Notes: generated from the letters alone by a model not told the origin. 26,762 nucleotides of DNA from Campylobacterota bacterium (GCA_051746405.1 JBNJFB010000033.1:1-26762), one strand, 5' to 3'. Positions 6,361 through 15,883 are shown, numbered from the stretch's first letter. Numbers and translations are program-made.

Positions 6361-7468
6361 TTGTAATCCCTGCTATAGCTTTATTTGCTTCACTAGATGC
6401 TTTAGTATGATTTGCACTTAAATAGAATTGATTAACTGTATCAAGGTTTGTATGTCCAAGAGAAGCTGATAGTATTGTATTTGCTGTACCCATCTCACCC
6501 ATAGCTGAAACTAATATATGTCTAAAATAGTGCATTGTAAGTTCTTCTATTTCACTTGCTTTTCTTAATCTTGCAAGTTGAACTTTTGGAGTGTGCAGTT
6601 CCTCACCTGTAACAGGTGATTTAAATACTATTCCTGTATGTGTATCTTTTATTCCTTGTAATGCTTCAGCTATTGGTGGTGCTAAATCATATGTTTGATT
6701 TTCTGCAATCTTATTATTTTCTGCTCTAATAGTATATTGATTATTTAAAAAATCTATATCTTTCCATTCAAGAGTTCTTATCTCATTCCATCTACGACCA
6801 AATAGTGCAAATAAAAATAGAGCTTTGTAAAAATGATTATGCTCATATAAAGAGTTTATAGTTTTAAATAGTGTAGCAAGTTTTATTCTTGCATCAGTAA
6901 CTTTTTTCTTTTGTTTCTTTTGTTTTGGTAACTTAAAAGATGGTAAAGTATCAAGTACCTTATGTTCAACTGAATATTCAAGAATAGGCTTTAAGGATTG
7001 AATTAAAACTAACTTGATAGTTCTATGGCTACAGCCTTTTGAAGTCTGCTTTGATTGTCCTTCATTTTGCATGGTTCTTATAAGTGCATCAATATGAATA
7101 GTTTTAATATCTTTAATTTTCTTGTTACCTATACTGTTTTCACAATATAGTTCATAAGACCTTTTAAGAGTGTCTGTCCATGTAGAATCTGCTCTTGCAT
7201 TTTTGAAATATATTTTTGCAACCTTATTTAATGATGTATTTTCATTAAATTCAAGGTCTGTATCTAAGCCTTTGTTTTTGATTCTTTGCATTTCTGCAAT
7301 AGCTTCTGATTTCCTTGTTCTTTTATCCCAACTTTTATTTGAATAATCAATGATACCTCTTTTAGTTTTACCTTCAATTTTAAATCTATAATAGAACTTT
7401 GTGTGTTCTTTATTAGCCTTTAATCCAACAACAATGGTATTTGGAAAATCTTTAGTGTTAATTGCCAT
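6353..7468 (-). CDS. int: Tyrosine recombinase/phage integrase
   Basis: Catalytic motifs GRRWNE (R), NNK (K), HYFRH (HxxR), LGHT and QFY (Y); N-terminal arm-binding-like beta region (KFYYRFKIEGKTKR); adjacent to attR; GAGG RBS. Confidence 0.95.
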   Translation of the reverse strand: MAINTKDFPNTIVVGLKANKEHTKFYYRFKIEGKTKRGIIDYSNKSWDKRTRKSEAIAEMQRIKNKGLDTDLEFNENTSLNKVAKIYFKNARADSTWTDTLKRSYELYCENSIGNKKIKDIKTIHIDALIRTMQNEGQSKQTSKGCSHRTIKLVLIQSLKPILEYSVEHKVLDTLPSFKLPKQKKQKKKVTDARIKLATLFKTINSLYEHNHFYKALFLFALFGRRWNEIRTLEWKDIDFLNNQYTIRAENNKIAENQTYDLAPPIAEALQGIKDTHTGIVFKSPVTGEELHTPKVQLARLRKASEIEELTMHYFRHILVSAMGEMGTANTILSASLGHTNLDTVNQFYLSANHTKASSEANKAIAGITNG

Positions 7469-7491
7469 TTCGATTACCTCTTTTTTTGTTG

Positions 7492-7512
7492 GGTGACACT
7501 TGAGGTGACACC
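7492..7512 (+). promoter_or_regulatory. Putative integrase arm-type binding site pair (right end), inside the int leader
   Basis: GGTGACACT (7492-7500) and GGTGACACC (7504-7512) lie between a minus-strand TATAAT (7525-7530) and the int RBS. Confidence 0.7.
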
Positions 7513-7613
7513 TTATATAGATATATTATACACTAAAAAGAATTAAAAAGAATATAGAAGTCCGATTTAATAGGCATTATAGACTAAAAAGAAATTTAAG
7601 AAAACCAAGTCAT

Positions 7614-7663
7614 ATTGCATGGTAAGCAAGAGGTTGCAGGTTCAAATCCCGCTGTGGGCACCA
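7614..7663 (+). repeat. attR core: duplicated 3' part of tRNA-Thr
   Basis: Identical to 144-193; the 5' part of the tRNA is absent here. Confidence 0.97.
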
Positions 7664-7716
7664 TCTTTTAAAATCACAACAACTTACAAACTTTAAAACC
7701 TCTAAAAAAGAAAATT

Positions 7717-8499
7717 CTATACTAGTCTATTAGAAAACTTTAAATTAAGTCTATGACATATTTTTATTCCATAAAGGTAAATAATCCATGAGATATATAT
7801 CCAAAAGAAAGTGAAAAGTAGAGTTGCTAGTGAGCCGTAAATGGTTGTATATGTTTTATTGTATATTACATAGTATACAAAAAGGTTTTTACTAATTGAG
7901 AGTGTTATTAAAGTTATCAAAGAAGATATTATTACGGCTTTTTCATTTAGTTTTCTATTTACTGTGTATTTAAACAGTGTATAAAATATCATCCATGAAA
8001 AAAGATATGAGAATATATTTGTCAATAGTGTATTCTCATATAAAGCTGTTATTACATTTAATGCAGTAAAAATTATTGGCAAAAGCATAATATAGATAGA
8101 GTAGAATATAAATGAAAAATGTATCGATTTTCTTTTAGATTTATGTATTTTATTTACTATATATTCATAATCTTTAAAAAACATTATAAATACAAATAAC
8201 ATATAAAATATCCCTAACCAGCCAAGTTTATCAGAGTTTGATATATAGTTTTTTAAATTTTGAATTAAATATTCTGAGTGTGTTGGATTGATTATATTTA
8301 GTATGTATTCTGTAAATATATTAATATAAATATCAAACTCTTTAAAAGTTGATACTAGGGCTATAAAAAGTGCAATAATAGGTAATATGGAAAATATTGT
8401 AAAAAAGCTAAGTGATGCTGCATAATATGTTGTATCATCGTTAAAAAATGACTCAAGTGCATCTATAAAGGTTTTAGCTAATGTTTTTTTATTTTCCAT
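7717..8499 (-). CDS. YihY/BrkB family inner membrane protein
   Basis: YYAASLSFFTIFSILP and YTTIYGSLATLLFTFFWIYISWIIYLYG signature segments; multiple TM helices. Confidence 0.9.
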   Translation of the reverse strand: MENKKTLAKTFIDALESFFNDDTTYYAASLSFFTIFSILPIIALFIALVSTFKEFDIYINIFTEYILNIINPTHSEYLIQNLKNYISNSDKLGWLGIFYMLFVFIMFFKDYEYIVNKIHKSKRKSIHFSFIFYSIYIMLLPIIFTALNVITALYENTLLTNIFSYLFSWMIFYTLFKYTVNRKLNEKAVIISSLITLITLSISKNLFVYYVIYNKTYTTIYGSLATLLFTFFWIYISWIIYLYGIKICHRLNLKFSNRLV

Positions 8500-8509
8500 A
8501 TTTTATTTA

Positions 8510-9898
8510 TTATAATCCCATTTTAAATGGATTTAATATATTGTTTGGGTCAAAAGCACTCTTTATACTTTTAAAGAGTTCTATTTCTGCTTTGTTAAAT
8601 GCAATATCCATAAATGGTGCTTTTGATAAACCTATTCCATGTTCACCACTTAATGTTCCACCCATATCAACAACTAATTGAAATATCTCTTCAATGGCTT
8701 TGTGTCCATCTTCCATCTCTTTTTCATTGTTTTTGTCTTTTACCATAACATTAACATGAATATTACCATCACCTGCATGTCCAAAACATGGAACATTAAA
8801 ACCATATTTCTCACCAATTTTATAGATTTCATCTAATGCAACAGGAAGTTTACTTCTAGGCACTGATATATCTTCATTTAATTTTTTAGTACCATATATA
8901 GCTGTTGCTGGACTTGCATTTCTTCTTGCAAACCATAACTCTTCCCCATGTTTTTTATCCTTTGCTACAATAAAATCAGTTGAGCCAAATTTTGCAAAGG
9001 ACTCTTTTAATGTTTCTAGTTGTGAATCAACTTCTGCTTGGGAGCTTCCATCAACATCACCAACTAAAATTCCCCCTGCATTTTGGGGTAATTCTATATT
9101 TGGAAATTTCTGTTTTAAAGCTTTGATAACTAAAGCATCTAAAAACTCCATAGCTACAGGATTAGCCCCTTGAGCTAAAGACTTAAATACTGCATTCATA
9201 GCTTTATTTACATCAGGAAAAACTCCCATATAAGTTTGTGAAAATTTTGGTTTAGGGATTAATTTAAGTGTGATTTCTGTAATAACTGCTAATGTTCCTT
9301 CACTTGCAATTAAAATACCTGCTGTATTATAACCCGCAACATCTTTAATTGTTTTTTTTCCTGCTGTTATAATCTCTCCATTTGGCAAAACAGCCCTAAG
9401 TGCTACTACATAATCCTTTGTAATTCCATATTTTGCAGCTCTCATACCACCTGCATTTTCGCTTACATTGCCACCTAAAGTTGAGTAGTTTTCACTTGCT
9501 GGGTCAGGTGGATAAAATAGTCCAACTTCTTCTACTGCTTTTTGAAAATCCATATTTATAAGGCCTGGTTGAACAACTCCAACCATATTCTCCATATCTA
9601 TTTCAAGCAGTCTATTCATGTAACGCTCTAAACTTAAAACTATTCCACCCCTTGATGGCAATGAACCACCTGTAAAACCTGAACCTGCTCCTCTTGGAAC
9701 AATTATGATTTTATTTTCATTACAATGCTTCATGATTTTTGATACATCTTGCTCATTTTTTGGAAAAACAACTGCATCTGGTTCAAACCTATCTCTTGTA
9801 GCATCATAACAGTATGCTATTAAGTGGGCTTTATCTGCTTTTACATTCTCTTCACCAACAACTGACTTAAAAAAGTCTATATGTTTTTGTTCAATCAT
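8510..9898 (-). CDS. glcD: FAD-linked oxidase, glycolate oxidase subunit GlcD family
   Basis: PRGAGSGFTGG, YPPDPAS, GGNVSENAGG, GHAGDGNIH and SGEHGIG motifs. Confidence 0.9.
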   Translation of the reverse strand: MIEQKHIDFFKSVVGEENVKADKAHLIAYCYDATRDRFEPDAVVFPKNEQDVSKIMKHCNENKIIIVPRGAGSGFTGGSLPSRGGIVLSLERYMNRLLEIDMENMVGVVQPGLINMDFQKAVEEVGLFYPPDPASENYSTLGGNVSENAGGMRAAKYGITKDYVVALRAVLPNGEIITAGKKTIKDVAGYNTAGILIASEGTLAVITEITLKLIPKPKFSQTYMGVFPDVNKAMNAVFKSLAQGANPVAMEFLDALVIKALKQKFPNIELPQNAGGILVGDVDGSSQAEVDSQLETLKESFAKFGSTDFIVAKDKKHGEELWFARRNASPATAIYGTKKLNEDISVPRSKLPVALDEIYKIGEKYGFNVPCFGHAGDGNIHVNVMVKDKNNEKEMEDGHKAIEEIFQLVVDMGGTLSGEHGIGLSKAPFMDIAFNKAEIELFKSIKSAFDPNNILNPFKMGL

Positions 9899-9899
9899 T

Positions 9900-10955
9900 T
9901 TATATCCCTATTAAAGCTCTATAGTAATCATAATAATTACTTTTATCTGGTTTTGTAGTTTCTGTTTTTGAATTCTCTTCTTTATCAAATAAGAAGTCAA
10001 ATGCTGATAAATACTCTTTAAAGTTATCTAAACTTAGATCAAAATCAAAACTACTACCTTTTATATCTTCTACTCTTGTATAAAATGGCATTTGAGAGTT
10101 TGAGTAGTTGAAGTCTATATTGTAGCTTGTTAATACATTTAAGTTTTTTGCATCTAAGACATAAACTTTATTTTTAAGTACTACAAAAACAGTTCTTATG
10201 TTCTGTTTTTTTGTAAAAGTTTGTATCGATTCTTTAGTTGGTAAAGCTTTTGAATTGATTTTTAATTGTGCAGCGAATAGATCAGAGTGTAAAAAGTTAT
10301 TGTATTTAAATACATTTCTTACTATTTTAAATGCTTCTTGATTTGGAGCAATTAATAAAGATGATTTATACATATAGTTTAGTGCTATAATATCACCTTT
10401 TTCAACTTTTCTATTTGATGTTGGAATAGCATCTTGTCCTAAATCACCAAAATCTGAAAACTTGATAATAGATTTTTCACTATTTGAACTAACTACTTGG
10501 GCATTGGCTACAATTAATCTTTTATTTTTATCAATAATGTGTATTACTACACCTGTTTGCCCTACAATTAAGTTTCCAACGTCTAGTTGTGTTTTATTAC
10601 CATTTAAATTATCAATTTTAAATCCTAATGCTTTAAATGATAACTCTTTTGTATTTGTAGATTTATTAACTTTTTTCATTTCTTGTTTTATGTCTTCATT
10701 TGTTAATAAATATCTATAGCTAAAAGAATTTTGGTTTGTATCAATTTTTATATCAACTACTCTCCAACCTTTTTCTCTCATATCTTTTATAGAGTACTCA
10801 CCTGCACACAGTCCACCATCTAGCTTTGTAGTTTCAATTGTAGATGGTGTGTTCCATTTATCTTTAACACATATTGTTGTTTGTGCGTTTGCAAAAAGCA
10901 TTGACAAAGACACAACAGTTGCTGCTATTTTCATTTTTTTTAAAAGTCTATTCAT
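9900..10955 (-). CDS. Exported protein with plasminogen-binding protein (PgbA) N-terminal-like domain
   Basis: Signal peptide; VGQTGVVIH...QDAIPT...GD...LNYMY...LLIAPNQ...FLHSDLFAA pattern; position between bcp and glcD as in other Campylobacterota. Confidence 0.75.
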   Translation of the reverse strand: MNRLLKKMKIAATVVSLSMLFANAQTTICVKDKWNTPSTIETTKLDGGLCAGEYSIKDMREKGWRVVDIKIDTNQNSFSYRYLLTNEDIKQEMKKVNKSTNTKELSFKALGFKIDNLNGNKTQLDVGNLIVGQTGVVIHIIDKNKRLIVANAQVVSSNSEKSIIKFSDFGDLGQDAIPTSNRKVEKGDIIALNYMYKSSLLIAPNQEAFKIVRNVFKYNNFLHSDLFAAQLKINSKALPTKESIQTFTKKQNIRTVFVVLKNKVYVLDAKNLNVLTSYNIDFNYSNSQMPFYTRVEDIKGSSFDFDLSLDNFKEYLSAFDFLFDKEENSKTETTKPDKSNYYDYYRALIGI

Positions 10956-10964
10956 AAATTTATC

Positions 10965-11477
10965 CTAGTTTGAGTTAGCTTGTAACTCTTCTAATTTTTT
11001 CTTAACCTCTTCAACGTGAACTATTTCAAACTTTTCGCCTTTTATAGTCTTTTTCTTTCGTACATTCACTTTTTCCCATTTAGCGGCAATATTCCATTGA
11101 GGGTCAATTATAAAAGTACTTCTTACTACTCCCATATTCTCTTTACCCATAAATTTTTTAAGTTGCCAAACTCCATAATCTTCACACATTTTTTTATCAG
11201 GGTCTGCTAAAAGTGTGATTGAAAGCTCTTTTTTCTCAATAAATTTTCTGTGTTTACTTGTGTCATCAGGGCTAACTCCTAAAATAACTGCATCTAAATC
11301 ATCAAACTTTGGCTGATGTTGTGTAAAGTCACAAGCTTGTGTTGTACAACCTGGAGTCATATCTCTTGGATAAAAATATAAAACTATCCATTTTCCTTTT
11401 AAATCCCTTGAACAAATCTCTATATCATCTTGATTTAATGCACAAAATTCAGGTGCTTTATTTCCTACTTCTAACAT
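10965..11477 (-). CDS. bcp: Thioredoxin-dependent thiol peroxidase Bcp
   Basis: LYFYPRDMTPGCTTQAC motif. Start moved from the track's 11525 to ATG 11477 (MLEVG...), which has an AAAGGA RBS and avoids overlap with cmoA. Confidence 0.93.
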   Translation of the reverse strand: MLEVGNKAPEFCALNQDDIEICSRDLKGKWIVLYFYPRDMTPGCTTQACDFTQHQPKFDDLDAVILGVSPDDTSKHRKFIEKKELSITLLADPDKKMCEDYGVWQLKKFMGKENMGVVRSTFIIDPQWNIAAKWEKVNVRKKKTIKGEKFEIVHVEEVKKKLEELQANSN

Positions 11478-11488
11478 AATAATCCTTT

Positions 11489-12196
11489 CTATTTTATTGC
11501 TATAAATGTGGCAAAATTTACCCATTTAAAAACTGTTTCACAGTGGGTAAAACCTGCATCTTTTATCATCTGTTTATTTTCATCTTCTGTGTATGGTATT
11601 AAGACATTTTCTAATGCTTCTCTTTTTTGAGCTATTTCAAACTCTGAATAACCTTGAGATTTTTTGAACTCATAATATTCATCTATAAACTGTTTATTTA
11701 GTTTTGCATCTTTTGAAATAACTTTTTCACTAAAAATAAAAATACCCTCTTTATCTAATGAATCAAAAATTTTTTTTACAAGTTTCTCCCTTTGTAAGGG
11801 TCTTATAAATTGTAATGTATAGTTTGAAAATATTAGTTTGGCATTTTTATAAGAAATATCATGCAAGTCAGCATTTTTTAAATCAATATTTACACCAAAA
11901 GCTTTTGCTTTTTTACTAGCTCTATCTATCATGGCTTTTGAATTGTCTATACCTACTAAATTTAGGTTTTGTGAAAATGTTTTTGATAGTTCAATTAAAG
12001 TTGAACCAGTGGAGCAACCTAAATCATAAACAGTATCATCCTCTTTTAGATAATTACAAGCAAAGTTTATTGAAAGTCTTTGCATTTGTCTATAAAATGG
12101 AACTGACCTATTTAGCATATCATCAAATACTGAGGCAACATCTTCATCAAATTCAAACTGTTTTGTTATTGATTTTTCAAATACTTTATCTTCCAT
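11489..12196 (-). CDS. cmoA: Carboxy-S-adenosyl-L-methionine synthase
   Basis: [36 protein letters not shown] and [12 protein letters not shown] motifs. Confidence 0.93.
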   Translation of the reverse strand: MEDKVFEKSITKQFEFDEDVASVFDDMLNRSVPFYRQMQRLSINFACNYLKEDDTVYDLGCSTGSTLIELSKTFSQNLNLVGIDNSKAMIDRASKKAKAFGVNIDLKNADLHDISYKNAKLIFSNYTLQFIRPLQREKLVKKIFDSLDKEGIFIFSEKVISKDAKLNKQFIDEYYEFKKSQGYSEFEIAQKREALENVLIPYTEDENKQMIKDAGFTHCETVFKWVNFATFIAIK

Positions 12197-12242
12197 AAAG
12201 ATATTTTATCGAAATTATTATTAATATAGATAAAATGTAATT

Positions 12243-13088
12243 TTATTTAACTAAAATAGTTTTGCTGTTTTTTATATCGAAATTTATCTGTTGTTTTAAT
12301 TCTTCAAAACTCTCAAACTTTTTATTATCTCTTATTTTTTCATAAAACTTAATCTGTATAGTTGAGTCTTTTATATCTATTTGTTGATCTATTATGTGAG
12401 TTTCAACTGCAAAGTTTCCATCTGTTGTAACCCTATGCCCTAAAAAAGTTACAGATAAAAACTCTTGATTATCTACTATGGTTTTTGTGGCATAAACTCC
12501 TTGCTTAGGAAGTAAAAAATCTTTTACTTCAAGGTTTAGTGTTGCAACAAATTTTTTACTGCCTAATCCTTGACCCTTTATATGTTTTCCAAATATTTTA
12601 TACTCTTTTGCAAGTAGTCTATTTGCGGTTTTTATATCACCTTTTTTTAAATACTGTCTAATAACTCTTGAGTGAACAGGTATATCATCAAGTTTAATCT
12701 CATCTAAAATTATAACTTCACCATTAAAAATCTCTTTTAGTTGCGAAACACAATATTTTCTATTTTTTCCAAAACAAAAGTCAAAACCTACAACTACTCT
12801 TTTTAGTTTTGGAAACTCATATTTAATTAACTCAATAAACTCTAAGCCATCTAAATGCTTTATTTCATCTAATTCATAGTAGAAAATAGGATATTTACAG
12901 TACTCCTGTCTGTATTTTTTGGGTGTTAAATTCGCATAACCCGACTCAATTGATAAAATTGCACCGTTTTTATCTAGGTTTTTAAATAGTTCTTGGTGTG
13001 CGTAGTGCATACCATCGAAGCCACCAACTGCAATTGATGTTATTGTGTCTTTATTTACTAAAATAGAAGAGCTCTTCTTCATTTCCAT
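12243..13088 (-). CDS. ribF: Bifunctional riboflavin kinase/FAD synthetase
   Basis: GGFDGMHYAH, VVGFDFCFGKNR, GQGLG....ATLN, GVYAT, VETH and IRDNKKF motifs. Confidence 0.93.
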   Translation of the reverse strand: MEMKKSSSILVNKDTITSIAVGGFDGMHYAHQELFKNLDKNGAILSIESGYANLTPKKYRQEYCKYPIFYYELDEIKHLDGLEFIELIKYEFPKLKRVVVGFDFCFGKNRKYCVSQLKEIFNGEVIILDEIKLDDIPVHSRVIRQYLKKGDIKTANRLLAKEYKIFGKHIKGQGLGSKKFVATLNLEVKDFLLPKQGVYATKTIVDNQEFLSVTFLGHRVTTDGNFAVETHIIDQQIDIKDSTIQIKFYEKIRDNKKFESFEELKQQINFDIKNSKTILVK

Positions 13089-13761
13089 CTTTTCCTTGTA
13101 TTTTACTTTTTGAGTTATATATTATTTTCCAATTTAAACTCTTTGTATTATCAATAAAATCTTCTCTAGCCTTTGCTATTGCATTTTTATCTTTAACAAC
13201 ACCTTTTTTATCTCTTTTTATTTTTGTACCAACTTCAAATTGAGGTTTAAATAGAATAATTATTTTATCTTTTGATAATCTATCAATATCATTTAGAATA
13301 TTTAAAATAGAGATAAAAGATACATCACATGTAACTATTTCAAAGGTTTTATTAGTTTGAAACTCTCTAATGTCTGTATTTTCATAAAACTCTATTTTTT
13401 CATTATTTTTTATTTTTTCATGTAACTGATTAGAACCTACATCTACGCAAGTTACACTTAGAATATCATTTTCTAATAGTATTTGTGTAAAGCCACCTGT
13501 ACTACTACCTATGTCTAAAGCATTTTTATTTTTTAAATTAATAGTATCTATCTCTTCAATAAAATATTTTAGTTTATAAGCAGCTCTACTTACAAAAAAG
13601 TTATCTTCTAAAATCTCTATTTTAGATAAGTTATCAACCTCATATGATGGTTTTATAACTATTTTATTATTAACTCTTATTTTTTTTGCTTTTATAAGTT
13701 CACTTGCTTTGTTTCTACTTTGAATTTGAAAGCTCTCTTTTAAGTATTGATCTAATCTCAT
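13051..13761 (-). CDS. tlyA: TlyA family rRNA (cytidine-2'-O)-methyltransferase
   Basis: S4 domain MRLD..., VSRAAYKL, LDIGSSTGGFT, DVSFIS, LFKPQFE and GKDGNEE motifs. Confidence 0.93.
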   Translation of the reverse strand: MRLDQYLKESFQIQSRNKASELIKAKKIRVNNKIVIKPSYEVDNLSKIEILEDNFFVSRAAYKLKYFIEEIDTINLKNKNALDIGSSTGGFTQILLENDILSVTCVDVGSNQLHEKIKNNEKIEFYENTDIREFQTNKTFEIVTCDVSFISILNILNDIDRLSKDKIIILFKPQFEVGTKIKRDKKGVVKDKNAIAKAREDFIDNTKSLNWKIIYNSKSKIQGKDGNEEELFYFSK

Positions 13762-13839
13762 TATGGAATTATAGTTAAATTTATATCAAAGACTACTTTA
13801 TATATACTATTTAGCTATTTAAAAAAAATCAGGAGTATT

Positions 13840-14418
13840 ATGAAGTTTGTAAAAGATGAATTTAGTGAAGTTTTTGAAGAGAAGAAGTCTAAATTTATTG
13901 CACATATAGTTCCTTTTGAACAGTTTGATGATTTAATGAAAGCTTTAAAAAGTAAACATACAAAAGCTAGACATTTTGTATATGCTTATAGATTTTTAAA
14001 TGAGAAAGGACAGATTGTTGAAAATAGTAGTGATGATGGTGAACCTAAAGGTACATCTGGAAAACCTTGTTTAAATGTATTAGCAGGAGCAAATATAATA
14101 AATAGTGCAGTTATTGTAGTGCGTTATTTTGGTGGAATTAAATTAGGAACGGGTGGTTTAGTAAGGTCATATGGTGCTAGTGTTAATAGTGTATTAAAAA
14201 AGTGTGATTTTTTTGAATATAAAGATAATATTACTTCATATATAAACTGTGATTATAGTATATTTTCAAAAATTGAGTATATATTAAATCAAGAAAACAT
14301 ACAAATTGTCTCAAAAGATTTTACAACATCTGTAAAAATAAAAATTAAATTAACAAAACAAGAGTTTGAAAATTTAAAAGAAAAGCTTCCCTTGGAGTCT
14401 AAATTATATAAAGTATAA
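13840..14418 (+). CDS. yigZ: YigZ/IMPACT family protein
   Basis: KKSKFIA, SDDGEPKGTSG and VVRYFGGIKLGTGGLVRSY motifs. Confidence 0.92.
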   Translation: MKFVKDEFSEVFEEKKSKFIAHIVPFEQFDDLMKALKSKHTKARHFVYAYRFLNEKGQIVENSSDDGEPKGTSGKPCLNVLAGANIINSAVIVVRYFGGIKLGTGGLVRSYGASVNSVLKKCDFFEYKDNITSYINCDYSIFSKIEYILNQENIQIVSKDFTTSVKIKIKLTKQEFENLKEKLPLESKLYKV

Positions 14419-14463
14419 GATTATTTATAATATAATAATTTAAAAATATTTAAGAAGGCTATT

Positions 14464-15882
14464 ATGAAAGTTTTTTTTATACTTATCTCCTTGTTTTTAC
14501 TCACTTCCTTTGCTAAAAAGATTGATATAAATTTGAAAGATTTAAATATCAATGAGTTGATAGAAGTTACCTCTGAAGTTACAGGTTTTTCAATAATGAA
14601 TACATTTGAATTAAATCAAAAAGTAGATTTTTACTCTAAAAGTAAAATAGATGAGTCAAAACTTATTGATATTTTAGCAATTTCACTAGATGTGAATGGT
14701 TATAAACTAAAGAAAAAAAATCAGATATATTTTGTGACATTAAAAAGTGGTAAATCAAAAAAAACAGATATTAAAACTAAAAAAATAGAGACTAAAGAAA
14801 TAAAAAATCCTCTTGAAACTAAAATAATAGAAATAAAAAACTTTGATGTTAAAAAGATGAAAGCTATTTTAAAAGGGAATATGCTAAGTTATGATAAAAA
14901 TTTTAAAATAGAAGTTAGTGAAAAATTAAATCTATTAATCATAACAACAAATGTAAAGCTAATGAAAAAAGTTAGCACTTTAATAAATAGTTTAGATAAA
15001 GAGAAAGTACAAGTTTTTGTAAAAGCAAGTTTTATTGAACTAAATAATAAGTTAGTTAATGAGTTTGGATTTAAATATGGTCTGTTTGGGATTAGTAATA
15101 GTTCAGATTTTATTAGTCTATTTTCAACAAAACTAAATAATGGACAAAACATAAACCAAATGGCAAGTAGTTTAAGTCTTAATATCGATAATCTAAGTTC
15201 AAATATTGCACTTGGTGCAACTATAACTCTACTAAATAAAACAGGTGTTGCAAGTATAATATCACAGCCTTCAATACTTGCTTTAAATAATCAAACCTCA
15301 TCAATTTATGTTGGAGAAACTATTTCAATTAAGACATCTTCAAAGTTAAGTGATGGAGGGGCTAAAAGTGAAAACTTTAAAAGAGAAGATGTGGGACTTA
15401 GCTTAAAAGTTAAGCCAAGGGTGATTAGCGAAAATAGGGTGATTTTAGATATAAAAGCTATTTCGGAAGATTTGAAAAATCTAGATAATATTACAAATAG
15501 TGCAAGAACAACAAAAAAAGAAGTAAAAACAGTCTCTATTGTAAGTAACGGAGAGCCTATAATATTAGGAGGACTTATACAAAATAAGAAAGAGAGTGTA
15601 AATGATAAGGTTCCAGGACTTGGTGATATTCCTATGCTAGGTGAGTTATTTAAAAACAGGTATAGTTTAAGTAATGGAAAAAGTCTGATCTTGGTTGTGA
15701 CACCTTATATTATACCTAAAAATAAAGATGTAACTTTTATTAGGGAAGAGTTATCAAAACTTGATTTATTAAAAAATAGTTATATTAAAAATATTTCTGA
15801 TAATAAGAGAAAAATAAATAAAAATGAAAATAGACTACAAATAGAACATAAAAAAAGAGTAAATGAGATATTAGGAATATAA
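14464..15882 (+). CDS. Secretin (GspD/PulD-like outer-membrane pore)
   Basis: Signal peptide; N0-like INLKDLNINELIE; secretin motifs LDKEKVQVFVKA, REDVGLSLKVKP, IILGGLI, KVPGLGDIPMLGELFK and LILVVTPYII. Confidence 0.9.
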   Translation: MKVFFILISLFLLTSFAKKIDINLKDLNINELIEVTSEVTGFSIMNTFELNQKVDFYSKSKIDESKLIDILAISLDVNGYKLKKKNQIYFVTLKSGKSKKTDIKTKKIETKEIKNPLETKIIEIKNFDVKKMKAILKGNMLSYDKNFKIEVSEKLNLLIITTNVKLMKKVSTLINSLDKEKVQVFVKASFIELNNKLVNEFGFKYGLFGISNSSDFISLFSTKLNNGQNINQMASSLSLNIDNLSSNIALGATITLLNKTGVASIISQPSILALNNQTSSIYVGETISIKTSSKLSDGGAKSENFKREDVGLSLKVKPRVISENRVILDIKAISEDLKNLDNITNSARTTKKEVKTVSIVSNGEPIILGGLIQNKKESVNDKVPGLGDIPMLGELFKNRYSLSNGKSLILVVTPYIIPKNKDVTFIREELSKLDLLKNSYIKNISDNKRKINKNENRLQIEHKKRVNEILGI

Positions 15883-15883
15883 G

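Larger units (their letters stand above)
144..7663. mobile_element. tRNA-Thr-integrated genomic island / phage-satellite-like element (7,470 bp between equivalent repeat positions)
   Basis: Flanking 50-bp direct repeats, a tyrosine integrase next to attR, and Xis-like, Rha and RepA-like ATPase genes. Core genes resume immediately after attR. Confidence 0.93.

Noticed and set aside
7614..7663. Possible second tRNA-Thr gene
   Set aside because: Lacks the 5' acceptor strand and D-arm; it is the attR duplication.
144..7663. Complete prophage, ICE or integron
   Set aside because: No structural, lysis, terminase, relaxase or T4SS genes and no attC-like repeats between cargo genes.
11478..11525. 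N-terminal extension of Bcp given in the ORF track
   Set aside because: It overlaps cmoA, and the RBS sits in front of ATG 11477.
13051..13088. 38-bp tlyA/ribF overlap as an anomaly
   Set aside because: Short overlaps are common in compact Campylobacterota operons and the ribF start may lie slightly downstream.
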